DNA from: Eledone cirrhosa
Taxonomy: Eukaryota
Length of the DNA stretch: 64,000 nt
Direction: 5' to 3'
NCBI GenBank assembly: GCA_964016885.1
Contig: OZ024744.1
Coordinates: forward strand, 88,226,001 to 88,290,000
The notes beneath the pieces are model-generated. The model did not search any database. It saw only the letters and a list, made by a program, of their open reading frames with translations, and was not told where the DNA came from. The translations under genes were made by a program, and so were the position numbers. Below are positions 14,056 to 30,500 of this stretch, piece by piece; within the stretch, counting starts at the first letter, position 1, and each line of letters begins with the position of its first letter.

Positions 14056-14302
14056 TTCATATATATGTATATATATATATATATATATAAGTATGTATGT
14101 ATGTATACATACATACTTAGATGTATACAGATGTACAGTAGTATGTATATATATACATACATGCACACATATATATATATGCACGTATCGGTTTACCGAA
14201 CATTTATTATAATGCTCGGTTTGTTTGTAAACAAACATCCCGAATTAAGCCGTACAGTGTTTAGGCAACCACGTCACCTTTTTGTTCACACTGACACAGA
14301 AA

Positions 14303-14343
14303 CGATGTACTAGTTTCAAGCTTATTAGCTATCGCCAGCATCG
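14303..14343 (-). ncRNA. Minimal type I hammerhead ribozyme motif with a core variant (CUGGCGA)
   Basis: Minus strand CGATG-CTGGCGA-tAGCTaataAGCTt-GAAA-CTAG-TA-CATCG; palindromic stem III ACTAGT. Confidence 0.65.
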
Positions 14344-14760
14344 TATACCTTCCTGCCAGATGGTTGAACGTCTGAAAGTATATACTTTCCTTATGCATAT
14401 TAACGGCTGAGCAGTCTAATTTACATATCGAGTGAGTTCAGTCGGCTGGGCACACCGAAAACGATAAATGGATTAGAATGAAACGAAATTTAATTTCTCA
14501 CTCTTAGTACGGCACTTACTTAAATGTAAGTATGTATGTATGTATGTATACGTACATACATATATGTATACAGACGTACAGTAGTATGTATATATATACA
14601 TAAATGCACACATATATATATGCACGTATCGGTTTACCGAACATTTATTATAATGCTCGGTTTGTTTGTAAACAAACAAACAGCCCGAATTAAGTAAGTG
14701 CCGTACTAAGAGTGAGAAATGAAATTTCGTTTCATTCTATTCCATTTATATATATATATA

Positions 14761-15195
14761 TATTGTTATACTTTGGGAGGGTCATGTTGCCAATAAGAAA
14801 CACACGCACCAGTTGCTTTCACTCCAATTTATTATAAATTAAATTTATAAATTTAAGAATTTATAATGTTCTGGTTGGCTGGTTGGTTCCACAACCGGAC
14901 GGTTGTTCATATATTGTCAAAGTTCTTTCGTCACACATTATGTGACCTCTTCAGTGACTGGGGATTATTCTCTTTGTTTTGCGCCTCTCCTTTGTTCTGT
15001 CCTACGCCATCTTGTTTTGGAACCAACCAACCGGAAATTTATAAATTCTTAAATTTATAAATTTAATTTATAATGAATTGGAGTGAAAGCACTGGTGCGT
15101 GTGTTTCTTATTGGCAACATGACCCTCCCAAAGTATAACAATATCGGTTACAACACACGTTTTCAGAATCTTAGTAAACAAATTCAGAAACGAAA
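14761..15195. mobile_element. Fold-back Penelope-type repeat (family B) in (TA)n with internal hammerhead-like motif
   Basis: ~110-bp inverted arms (14761-14870 and ~15030-15143); relatives at 23765-23915, 39370-39465, 40900-41075 and 41200-41305. Confidence 0.7.
14915..14958 (-). ncRNA. Hammerhead-like motif
   Basis: Minus strand GTCA-CTGAAGA-g-GTCACataatgtGTGAC-GAAA-GAAC-TT-TGAC; degenerate copy at ~41015-41054. Confidence 0.55.
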
Positions 15196-15218
15196 TATAT
15201 ATATATATATAATTCATC

Positions 15219-15257
<39 letters not shown>

Positions 15258-15262
<5 letters not shown>

Positions 15263-16383
15263 AATAATGGAGCTGCGGCGTTGCAAATGGGTTACATATA
15301 AAAAAGGGGGGGAGTCCTTCATCAGTGACCCTCCAACCGTCCCAGGCATTTCATCGCTTTAAGGGCCATATACCTCAGGTTGGTGCGAACAACGGCTAAA
15401 AAAAGTCGTTGGGACACGTAAATAAAGAGAACGTTAGGGTGAACAAACAAAATGGTTTAAGCAACAGAAAGTGAGAGGAAAGAGACAAGTCACAGATTTC
15501 TATGAATATAAACTCGATAAAATCGGGAACTACTAGAGAATAAAGACCATCAGACCTGGTTGAAATGTGAGCAAGGAAGGAATTTCGCACAGGTCTAACG
15601 GGAGGAAGAAGAAGGGGTCTGGTCTGCGAATTCGGTAAACATAAGTTCTGTGAAGACGCAGACGACGCACCAACCTGAGGTATATGGCCCTTAAAGCGAT
15701 GAAATGCCTGGGACGGTTGGAGGGTCACTGATGAAGGACTCCCCCCCTTTTTTATATGTAACCCATTTGCAACGCCGCAGCTCCATTATTATCATATTTA
15801 CACATATTTGTTCCTCTGCTGCCACCCGTCTGTTTCTCTCTTTGTATCTTTACCCTTTCTAGCAGTCTCTCTCTCTGTTAGCTTCTTCCTCAACTTTCAC
15901 TCACTCATACCCTGTCACTACCTCTCCTCCACTCCTCTTTCTTCCCGCTTGACCTGTCCGATTTCTTTTCTCGCGCACTCTTGGCCAAGCCGGTATGAAT
16001 TTTTTTTCTCTCTCTCTCTCGTCTGCGTCTTCACAGAACTTATGTTTACCGAATTCGCAGACCAGACCCCTTCTTCTTCTTCCTCCCGTTAGACCTGTGC
16101 GAAATTCCTTCCTTGCTCACATTTCAACCAGGTCTGAAGGTCTTTATTCTCTAGTAGTTCACGATTTTATCGAGTTTATATTCATAGAAATCTGGGACTT
16201 GTCTCTTTCCTCTCACTTTCTGTTGCTTAAACCATTTTGTTTGTTCACCCTAACGTTCTCTTTATTTACGTGTCCCAACGACTTTTTTTAGCCGTTGTTC
16301 GCACCAACCTGAGGTATATGGCCCTTAAAGCGATGAAATGCCTGGGACGGTTGGAGGGTCACTGATGAAGGACTCCCCCCCCC

Positions 16384-16388
<5 letters not shown>
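15258..16388. mobile_element. Inverted partial copy plus direct 634-bp tandem unit inserted in (TA)n (Penelope/retrozyme-like architecture)
   Basis: CGCACCAACCTGAGG at 15666 and 16300; 15258-15665 is the reverse complement of a segment crossing the unit boundary. Confidence 0.7.
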
Positions 16389-16433
<45 letters not shown>

Positions 16434-16469
16434 ATAATAATAAATTTAAGACTAAAATCTGTTATTTTA

Positions 16470-16561
<92 letters not shown>

Positions 16562-16574
16562 TATATATACATAC

Positions 16575-16646
<72 letters not shown>

Positions 16647-16699
16647 CATGTTCTTCTTGCTCCACATAATGACGTAATTTGTGATTATGAAAACGGAAT

Positions 16700-17520
16700 A
16701 GGAAGGGAATGGCAAGGACTCTAGGGTCACAGAAGAATGGCAGGAAGGAGGAGGGTGATGGGCTTTAGGCCTAGGGCGTGGCGGTATTGAGGCTGTACCC
16801 CGCGGACCTGAAAGCAAAAGCATTCCCGCGGAAAATGACCAGCAACACCCGCTGCAACAGCCAACCTACCTCGCGGGCTCCTTCCTCAGACGGGTTGCTG
16901 ACATTGCGATCATGCGGAGGAGCTTGACAGTACGAAGTCCAAGTACACCTGAGGTCTCGACGACGACCAGGTACGAAGTGGAAGTGGCCAGATAATCCCC
17001 CGATATTTATTTATCTTCCTTTCCTCTGCAATAGAGCCGGTGAACGGGTCAAATGTGACGTCTCAGATGATTTACCTCCTTCGAATGGGAAGAAAGTAAT
17101 TTCGTCGGAGCGTTTGCCGTCTCCGCAGTCGAAGACAGCTGGCTCCAGTTGATGGAAAGCCAGCTGCGTTGAAGTTCCTTTTCAGTATGTCGTTGAGAGT
17201 GGCATGTCGGGGGGGAACTGGCCTACGCTCTGGCGGCAAGACAATTAGTGCTGGCCAAACTTGTCAGTCAGCGACCGCCCCGCAACGGCATTTATGTGGT
17301 CCATACACGTGGGGGCCGAGGCGTTGGGCCACACGAATATGAGCGCACTCGTTATCCAGACGGATATGAGTGTACCGGTTGACGAGGAGGTCGCCGAATT
17401 GAGCCACGTGCCGCTGTTTGGATGTGAAGCGGAGCAGAGGCAGGCGAAGCGGTGTTGATGTAAACCAGACACGATCCACCTGAAGGAAGACCTGCCTTTC
17501 ATGTCCTCCCAGTTACGTTG
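16700..17520 (-). mobile_element. CRE-clade-like non-LTR retrotransposon 3' remnant
   Basis: SGTWLN, RLG..V..PHKCRCGAVAD..G.H.LSC, LEPAVFDCGDGKRSD..FPF; frameshifted. Confidence 0.7.
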
Positions 17521-17785
17521 GACATTTGTATATTATATTTAATTCTAATTTAAAAGATATTTAGAGAGAGAGAGAGAAACATTGTTATATATCTTTTGAG
17601 AAACAGTTTTTTGTGCGCATATATAATATAAATAATATTTAGCAGAAAACTATAAGTACTTAAGGTGGAAAAAGCTACATTCGTGACAGTAACCAGAAGA
17701 TCCGACTTTTTTATGAATTTTGAAAGACTCTAAAGCGTCAGAACCTACCGTTATTCAATTATACATATTGATCGTTGCCTAATGG

Positions 17786-17821
<36 letters not shown>

Positions 17822-17839
17822 AGTATGTATATATAATAT

Positions 17840-18034
17840 GAGAAAAACCACAGACCCTCCATCTCAACCTTTGAAAAGCAGAACTGCGAAATCGGTAAAG
17901 GAACCAAATAAATATATATATTTTTTTTTAAATAAGACTCCAGTTGCATTTTCGATTTCATCTTTTTTTCTTTCTACTTTCACTCGTGTAGGACACCGGT
18001 TATTTTTCATTTTGTAAAGTGACATCACTTTCTA

Positions 18035-18035
<1 letters not shown>
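17840..18035 (+). repeat. Dispersed repeat family D with degenerate hammerhead-like core; partly inverted copy at 62200-62400
   Basis: CCT-TTGAAAA-GCAGaaCTGC-GAAA-TCGG-TA-AAGG; shared CACTCGTGTAGGACAC...CACTTTCTAATATA end. Confidence 0.6.
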
Positions 18036-18074
<39 letters not shown>

Positions 18075-18075
18075 A

Positions 18076-18195
18076 TAATTGTTTCTACTTTTGGCATAAG
18101 GCCAGCAATTAATCAGTGCATTACTGGTACTTTATTTTATCGACCCCGTAAGGATGAAAGGTAAAATAAACCTCGGGTGGATTTGAACTCAGATC
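18076..18195 (-). mobile_element. tRNA-derived SINE fragment
   Basis: Central domain and B-box. Confidence 0.8.
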
Positions 18196-18204
18196 ATATA
18201 TATG

Positions 18205-18240
<36 letters not shown>

Positions 18241-18428
18241 AAGAGAAAGATGGAGAAGGAGAGAGAGTGAGAAAGAGAGAGAGAGAGAAAGAGAGAGAGT
18301 GAGAAAGAGGGTGTGAGAGAGATAGACCCCTCTACACACACACACACACATATATATCATATATATTCATTTACTTATATACATGCATCTATATATATAT
18401 ATACAGATACATGCATACATACACACAC

Positions 18429-18469
<41 letters not shown>

Positions 18470-18569
18470 AAATAACAGATTAAATATTTGCTCTATGGTT
18501 CTTATATATTTGATATATATTTACTCTTATCGAGCCCCCTTTGGATTTTAGTCTTGAAATTTATTATTA

Positions 18570-18632
<63 letters not shown>

Positions 18633-18879
18633 GGATACATACTTACGTATATCTTCTATAATATAAATATGTTTGTCCGGGTTATAATAAGAATTAATGG
18701 TAGAATTTATTTTGATGTAAAAGATAAAGACACCATTCAGTAACGAATGTCCACGAGTTTTATAGGTAGAAATTTCCCCTTCTGAGGCACCAGCAATCGC
18801 ACATACATACCAATCTCCCCACACCGCGCCACCAATTTTGTCCAAGAGGAACTCAAAAGAACAATACAGCTTTGCACCA

Positions 18880-19037
18880 GTGATATCGCAACTCATTTCT
18901 ATAGCTGATTGAATGAATTGGAGAACGTGAATTAAAGTGTCTTGCTCAAGGACAAATCACATCGCTCAGTCCGAGAGTGGAACTCACACCCTCACAATTG
19001 TGAGCCCAATATTGCAACCGTTGAGTCATGCGCTTTC
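18880..19037 (-). mobile_element. Second SINE family (CORE-like domain)
   Basis: AAGTGTCTTGCTCAAGGACA motif followed by the reverse of a tRNA-like head; related piece at ~39925-40025. Confidence 0.55.
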
Positions 19038-19356
19038 AATATTTTGATGTATAAATCCAATTCTATTTATATTCTCTTCTTCATGTAAAAACAATCTGCC
19101 CATTTTGTTTTGGAATTACACTCTCTTTCTCCATTCTGTAGAGGACAGAAAGGATGCGAGACTAAAAAGAGAGAAAGAGAGAGGGAACAATAATAGACTG
19201 AATGTGAAGGAGACAGTGAGATGATAGAATCAGAGAGATGTATGGGAGAGGCATCATTTTTTTAAAAGGTGAAACATTTCTTACAGGCAGTGATGGGATG
19301 CAGGGTTCATTTATCATAACGTTTGAAATACTGCAAACGTATAAATATGTGTGTGC

Positions 19357-19434
<78 letters not shown>

Positions 19435-19436
19435 TC

Positions 19437-19516
<80 letters not shown>

Positions 19517-20257
19517 GAGGTGCTGATTTCATTGCAGTAGCAGCAGAAATATGACCAAATTGCTGGCGCGTCAGTGACTTTATGCCGGTCAGACCAGCGG
19601 ACTTTTTCTATGTATGTTCTAGGAAATATGTATGGTGTAGCAGCAACACTGTTGCATAAGAGGGAGCACTATTCAATTGTGGGTATTAATTGAACATTGT
19701 TGACGGTCAGAAGTTGTTGTGTCTTGAATTGTGTTCATATTCTGAAGAGAAAGACCAGTCTTTTGGATGCAGTTCTTGGTATGTTTAGAATGAACCTTTG
19801 CCACGAGAAACCATTTGAGAAGCCTAGCATTTAGGTCAAACGTGAAGCCTCCCCAATTATGTAGTGTTCATGTTTAAGCGTGGTGAGGTACATACGATCA
19901 ACATAAATGAACGTTACGAATAAAAATAAATCAGGCCTTTCATTGATTTAGTTTCAGATATTCGACTCGACGGCGGTTGTAAAGGGACAATGTTTCGGCT
20001 ATTATGTTCCTGCCAGTACTTTCTCAATGTAATAACCATTATAATAGTTAATATATTGATAATTATCGATCTGTTACCCTAAGTACTAAGTTACGAGAAA
20101 AAGTAAGAAAGACACACACAAACACGCACATACACACATACACGCGCACACACGGACACACGCACACACACATACACACATACACGCGCACACACACACA
20201 CACACACATACACACACACACACACACATACACACACACACACACACATACACACAC

Positions 20258-20300
<43 letters not shown>

Positions 20301-20609
20301 TACATACAATCTGATTATGAGCGTATTTCCAAAGATATGTTAAAGCAGAGTTACAATTACTATTTTCAATCAAATTGTCCACTGATTGAACCATCTTTTC
20401 CCGATTAAATCGACCCAGTGCATTACTGGTACTTTATGTTATCGACCCAGTATGGATGACAGTCAAAACCACGGCGGGATTTGAACTCAGAACGTAAAAG
20501 GCCACGCCTATATATCGGACGCCCTAGAGAGAGAGATAGGAGGGGGAGAAAAAGAGAGAGTGACTGGGAGGAACGTTTGAGTGTTTGTATGTATGTGTGT
20601 GTGTACAAT

Positions 20610-20687
<78 letters not shown>

Positions 20688-20689
20688 AT

Positions 20690-21533
20690 ATTATAATGAA
20701 ATGACAGGAGGCTGGATTTGTGTAAATCCTTGAAAGGTTTATTATACTATGATCATTTCAATGACCGGGTTCCGTATGAATCCGGTGATATCATCAGGTA
20801 TTCGAAATATAATACGTGAATGTAATAGATAAAATCCATGGGGCTGAAAATCGAGGACCCGAGGGCAACCGCTATTCTGTTCCTTCAACTTCAGCCGGTC
20901 GCCCTGGAGTGACGTGGCTAAAGTTTATAGTATGTTACTACCAGATAAACGAGAACAGAAAGGGATGGGAACATAAGTTAACGTCGATCTCATGACACAA
21001 GGTAAAAGAAAGAAAGACATTAAACCTGGCTTCTCTACTTCTTTCTTCCCCCTTCTTCTCTCTCCTTCCTTTCTTTCTTTCTTTTACCTTCTGTCATGAG
21101 ATGGACGTTAACTTATGTTCCCATCCCTTTCTGTTCTCGTTTATCTGACCGGTAGTAGCATACTATGAACTTTAGCCACTCACTCCAGGGCGACCGGCTG
21201 AAGTTGAAGGAACAGAATAGCGGTCGCCCTCGGGTCCTCGATTTTCAGCCCCATGGATTTTATCTATCACGTATTATATTTCAAATACCTGATGATATCA
21301 CCGGATTCATACGGAACCCGGTCATTGAAATGATCATAGTATAATAAACCTTTCAAGGATTTACACAAATCCAGCCTCCTGTCATTTCATTATAATATTT
21401 AACTCCGTAATAGCATCACCAACTACAAAAACAAAGACGGTTGAACTGCTTTACGTTGAGTACTCTCTATATTATTGCATTACGATTGACCATACGGAAT
21501 AGACCAGCTCTATACAGTGGTGAACCTCAAACC

Positions 21534-21538
<5 letters not shown>
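20690..21538. mobile_element. Fold-back element with ~330-bp inverted arms carrying a hammerhead, inserted in (TA)n
   Basis: 20690-21020 is the reverse complement of ~21070-21400, with few differences. Confidence 0.8.
21285..21342 (+). ncRNA. Type I hammerhead ribozyme; mirror copy on minus at 20744-20801
   Basis: ATAC-CTGATGA-stem II (ACCGG..TTC..GAA..CCGGT)-GAAA-TGATCA-TA-GTAT; palindromic stem III ATGATCAT. Confidence 0.8.
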
Positions 21539-21579
<41 letters not shown>

Positions 21580-21580
<1 letters not shown>

Positions 21581-21800
21581 TGAGGTTAGCTGGACATGCT
21601 CACTCACCGACATCCAGAGTTGACATAGCACTCAGTGCTCCTGTGGGAGCCCCTACATGGACACACTGGAAGAGGAAGACCGAGGTTGACATATGTTGAT
21701 GCCCTAAGGACAGACACTGGTCTGTTGGAGACGCAGGGCATGGCAGCGATAATGAGGGACAGAAACCGCTGGAGAGAACTCATCCATGGATCTCGGGAAT
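21580..21800 (+). mobile_element. RTE-like LINE 3' fragment
   Basis: LRLAGH...LLWEP.HG...RGRPRLTYVD.L..DTG...MRDRNRWR; followed by a family A end at 21812-21890. Confidence 0.7.
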
Positions 21801-21888
21801 TTTACCCGCCCTTAACCACTCTACTACCCTAAGTATTGAGTACTTTGGTGCGTTACGGTCCATCTGGTTCCTTACCACATTTCCTTCG

Positions 21889-21928
<40 letters not shown>

Positions 21929-22376
21929 TAATTATATGTATATATATATATATATATTAGTATATATATATATATACATATATATATATAGATAGTTTAT
22001 GCTAGAATAATTTTGTCTTGACACACTAGATTTAAATGTTCATGTTTTCATGTTGCTACAAAGACCAACATACATTTCTTAAACTTTTATATTTAATTCA
22101 AATTAGACATTTTGTTTTTAATTATACAGCATTTTAATTTTCTTTGTGATTTGTTTTGTGGTCTGCGGTAGTTATTGAATAATAAGATGTAAACTACTAA
22201 ATATCTGGGACCACGACACGGTTTCAGTCAGCACTTTAAATCTTTCCACTTCACTTATCTCGGTAATTTCGTTAGGGAAAAGATGAACGTACTTTCAACA
22301 TTTCCGCTCTCTGCTTAATTTCCTTTGTCTAGTCAAAGACCCCAATTATTCTTTTCTTTTTCTATTTCATTCGTTT

Positions 22377-22424
<48 letters not shown>

Positions 22425-22893
22425 AGAGAGAGAGAGAGGTAGATATATTCATACATGCATACATGCACACATACACAGACACACATACACACACACTCAC
22501 ACACTCACACACATATATATATATATATGTATATATTTATTCAGAAATTTTACGCTTTTTCACTCTCTTTCCTTTTCAACTATATTTTGTAGTGGCTAAA
22601 AAAAAAAAAAAAAAAAAAAAGAACCAAAAGATGAATTCGTTAAGAATTAAATACATTCAAGGGCCTGATTGGAGACTGATATGGTTGTTTTGATTGCAAG
22701 AGATGTTAAGGTGTGTGTTCAGGTGACTGGAGCCGACGTTCAGAGGGGTAAAAAATCGGTTTTCGAGAGATTTGTTTCTATACAAGTGGAATAGTGGTCA
22801 GCAGACGAGAGGAACAGGGAGAAAGAGAGAGAGAGAGTGAGAGAGAGCGAGAGAGAGAGAGAGCGAGAGAGAGATATATATATATAGAGAGAG

Positions 22894-22951
<58 letters not shown>

Positions 22952-23293
22952 TGGAAGGTGTGTAATAGACAGAGTGGCTAAAAGTGGCAAAGCATGCGGG
23001 ACCTGCATGAAATCAATATTTGGTACAAGTGGTAGTCCACATCGTGTGATCTACTGAGCAACCACTTAACCCGTTGTGCATGCGCGCGTGTGTGTGTGTG
23101 TGTGTATGTGTGTTTGCGTGTGGGTCTGTGTGTATGTGTGTTTGCTTGTGGATTTGTGTGTGTGTGTGAGAGTGTATGTATGTGCGTGTGTCTGTGTGTG
23201 TGCTCCATAGGCCTGGATCTTTCTCGTTCTTCTTATATCCTTCTTATATTCTAAACTGCATCCACGTTCTCCTTCACTCTTTCTACCACCACC

Positions 23294-23342
<49 letters not shown>

Positions 23343-23352
23343 TCTCTCTATG

Positions 23353-23442
<90 letters not shown>

Positions 23443-23599
23443 TTATCTCTCATTTTCATCACTAACATGTAAATGATGCTTTGATATGTTCATAAATTTC
23501 AATATTTTCCATTACAATATATGACATAAACTTTCTGTCACAAATTTAGTGAAATTTAAAAAAAATATACAAGAATTTATTCTTTTTTCTTCGTTATAT

Positions 23600-23655
<56 letters not shown>

Positions 23656-23911
23656 CTTATACACATTATACACACACACACGTATATAAATATGTGTGTA
23701 AATATGTACGTAAATATGTATGTAAATATGTACATATCTGCAAGTATATATATGTATATATATATATTGTTATACTTTGGGAGGGTCATGTTGCCAATAA
23801 GAAACACACGCACCAGTTTCTTATTGGCAACATGACCCTCCCAAAGTATAACAATATCGGTTTCAACACATGATTTCAGATAAAGAATCTTGCTAAACAA
23901 ATTCAGAAACG

Positions 23912-23947
<36 letters not shown>

Positions 23948-24395
23948 GCATTAATTAGTTTATATATATGCGTTTAACATTTTTTTATTATGTGTGTGTA
24001 TGCGTCTGTGTGTGTGTGTATGCGTCTGTGTATGTGTGTGTGTGTGTGTGTAAAAGGTAAACAGAAATAACAATACATATTAATATTCGGTTTGCTCACA
24101 AGTAAACAGCCTCATAAAACACAACGAGGTAGAGCGATGAAGACGCGATCCTTTTGTTCTACCGATAGCTGATAGAAAACAATCAACAATTGAGAATTGT
24201 TAATTGTTTCGGAGAGTCTTGCTCCTTGTCAAGATTGTGTATTCTCTCCTCTCTGCTACCCGCTGGAACTGTTGGGAATAGATAGTATGTTCAAATGTAT
24301 ACACTGACTGATTAGCTTCATTTGCATACGGAGAGATTTTACGACCGACAGTCTACTTGTAAACAAACCGAATATTAATAGTGTTATGATATTAT

Positions 24396-24577
24396 AATAA
24401 TTGTTTCTACTTTAGGCACAAGGCCAGCAATTATCGCAGTGTATTACTGGTACTTTATTTTATCGACTCCGTAAGGATGAAAGGCAAAGTTAACCTCGGC
24501 GGGATTTGAACTCAGACTGCAAAGGGACGCAACTATGTTAGAAAGCATGGCGTCCAACCCTCTACCGATACTGCCAA
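24396..24577 (-). mobile_element. tRNA-derived SINE, near full length
   Basis: Very similar to 7103-7283. Confidence 0.85.
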
Positions 24578-24787
24578 TTAAATAATAATATTATTAACTC
24601 ACGAATACACTTAGGGGTCCGCGTTAAGAGGGGAAAACAAATTTTTTTTTTTTTTATTTTCAGCCGGCCGGAAATGCTCGGTATGCAAATCTGGTTAATC
24701 AGCCGATGTGTGTATTTAAGAATATAATGTATGCCCATCAGTTCCAGCGGATAGCAGAGACGAGAGAATATATATATATATATATAA

Positions 24788-27556
<2,769 letters not shown>

Positions 27557-27559
<3 letters not shown>

Positions 27560-30500
27560 TTCTAATTTCTGCCGGACCGGCAACCGCTCTTTCAAACCAG
27601 TTCCTGTACACAGCTAAGTATTCTATAAGTCTCTAGCTGTGTCATTCTCGATAAAAGCACTGGATATGTAGTCCTGATGATTTCTAACGAGAATGAAACG
27701 CGTAGATTACTTCCCTTGCTTTTATCGAGAATCTAATTGTAATACGTGACGTATTCTATTCTATAGCGATTAGGTCTTCAAAATGTTTATTATAAACATA
27801 CAGAATATTTTCGAATATTCTATGTCTATATTCACATATATATCGCTATTTCAGAGCATTTATTCCAATTTCTAATTTCTGCCGGACCGGCAACCGCTCT
27901 TTCAAACCAGTTCCTGTACACAGCTAAGTATTCTATAAGTCTCTAGCTGTGTCATTCTCGATAAAAGCACTGGATATGTAGTCCTGATGATTTCTAACGA
28001 GAATGAAACGCGTAGATTACTTCCCTTGCTTTTATCGAGAATCTAATTGTAATACGTGACGTATTCTATTCTATAGCGATTAGGTCTTCAAAATGTTTAT
28101 TATAAACATACAGAATATTTTCGAATATTCTATGTCTATATTCACATATATATCGCTATTTCAGAGCATTTATTCCAATTTCTAATTTCTGCCGGACCGG
28201 CAACCGTTCTTTCAAACCAGTTCCTGTACACAGCTAAGTATTCTATAAGTCTCTAGCTGTGTCATTCTCGATAAAAGCACTGGATATGTAGTCCTGATGA
28301 TTTCTAACGAGAATGAAACGCGTAGATTACTTCCCTTGCTTTTATCGAGAATCTAATTGTAATACGTGACGTATTCTGTTCTATAGCGATTAGGTCTTCA
28401 AAATGTTTATTATAAACATACAGAATATTTTCGAATATTCTATGTCTATATTCACATATATATCGCTATTTCAGAGCATTTATTCCAATTTCTAATTTCT
28501 GCCGGACCGGCAACCGCTCTTTCAAACCAGTTCCTGTACACAGCTAAGTATTCTATAAGTCTCTAGCTGTGTCATTCTCGATAAAAGCACTGGATATGTA
28601 GTCCTGATGATTTCTAACGAGAATGAAACGCGTAGATTACTTCCCTTGCTTTTATCGAGAATCTAATTGTAATACGTGACGTATTCTATTCTATAGCGAT
28701 TAGGTCTTCAAAATGTTTATTATAAACATACAGAATATTTTCGAATATTCTATGTCTATATTCACATATATATCGCTATTTCAGAGCATTTATTCCAATT
28801 TCTAATTTCTGCCGGACCGGCAACCGCTCTTTCAAACCAGTTCCTGTACACAGCTAAGTATTCTATAAGTCTCTAGCTGTGTCATTCTCGATAAAAGCAC
28901 TGGATATGTAGTCCTGATGATTTCTAACGAGAATGAAACGCGTAGATTACTTCCCTTGCTTTTATCGAGAATCTAATTGTAATACGTGACGTATTCTATT
29001 CTATAGCGATTAGGTCTTCAAAATGTTTATTATAAACATACAGAATATTTTCGAATATTCTATGTCTATATTCACATATATATCGCTATTTCAGAGCATT
29101 TATTCCAATTTCTAATTTCTGCCGGACCGGCAACCGCTCTTTCAAACCAGTTCCTGTACACAGCTAAGTATTCTATAAGTCTCTAGCTGTGTCATTCTCG
29201 ATAAAAGCACTGGATATGTAGTCCTGATGATTTCTAACGAGAATGAAACGCGTAGATTACTTCCCTTGCTTTTATCGAGAATCTAATTGTAATACGTGAC
29301 GTATTCTATTCTATAGCGATTAGGTCTTCAAAATGTTTATTATAAACATACAGAATATTTTCGAATATTCTATGTCTATATTCACATATATATCTCTATT
29401 TCAGAGCATTTATTCCAATTTCTAATTTCTGCCGGACCGGCAACCGCTCTTTCAAACCAGTTCCTGTACACAGCTAAGTATTCTATAAGTCTCTAGCTGT
29501 GTCATTCTCGATAAAAGCACTGGATATGTAGTCCTGATGATTTCTAACGAGAATGAAACGCGTAGATTACTTCCCTTGCTTTTATCGAGAATCTAATTGT
29601 AATACGTGACGTATTCTATTCTATAGCGATTAGGTCTTCAAAATGTTTATTATAAACATACAGAATATTTTCGAATATTCTCTGTCTATATTCACATATA
29701 TATCGCTATTTCAGAGCATTTATTCCAATTTCTAATTTCTGCCGGACCGGCAACCGCTCTTTCAAACCAGTTCCTGTACACAGCTAAGTATTCTATAAGT
29801 CTCTAGCTGTGTCATTCTCGATAAAAGCACTGGATATGTAGTCCTGATGATTTCTAACGAGAATGAAACGCGTAGATTACTTCCCTTGCTTTTATCGAGA
29901 ATCTAATTGTAATACGTGACGTATTCTATTCTATAGCGATTAGGTCTTCAAAATGTTTATTATAAACATACAGAATATTTTCGAATATTCTATGTCTATA
30001 TTCACATATATATCGCTATTTCAGAGCATTTATTCCAATTTCTAATTTCTGCCGGACCGGCAACCGCTCTTTCAAACCAGTTCCTGTACACAGCTAAGTA
30101 TTCTATAAGTCTCTAGCTGTGTCATTCTCGATAAAAGCACTGGATATGTAGTCCTGATGATTTCTAACGAGAATGAAACGCGTAGATTACTTCCCTTGCT
30201 TTTATCGAGAATCTAATTGTAATACGTGAGGTATTCTATTCTATAGCGATTAGGTCTTCAAAATGTTTATTATAAACATACAGAATATTTTCGAATATTC
30301 TATGTCTATATTCACATATATATCGCTATTTCAGAGCATTTATTCCAATTTCTAATTTCTGCCGGACCGGCAACCGCTCTTTCAAACCAGTTCCTGTACA
30401 CAGCTAAGTATTCTATAAGTCTCTAGCTGTGTCATTCTCGATAAAAGCACTGGATATGTAGTCCTGATGATTTCTAACGAGAATGAAACGCGTAGATTAC

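Noticed and set aside
19560-19900. CR1/L2-like RT remnant on minus
   Set aside because: Only faint motifs with many disruptions; not supportable without a search
24205-24240. Hammerhead in the fold-back at 24078-24380 (and similar at 38330-38360 and 54685-54715)
   Set aside because: Core too degenerate and stem I not recoverable
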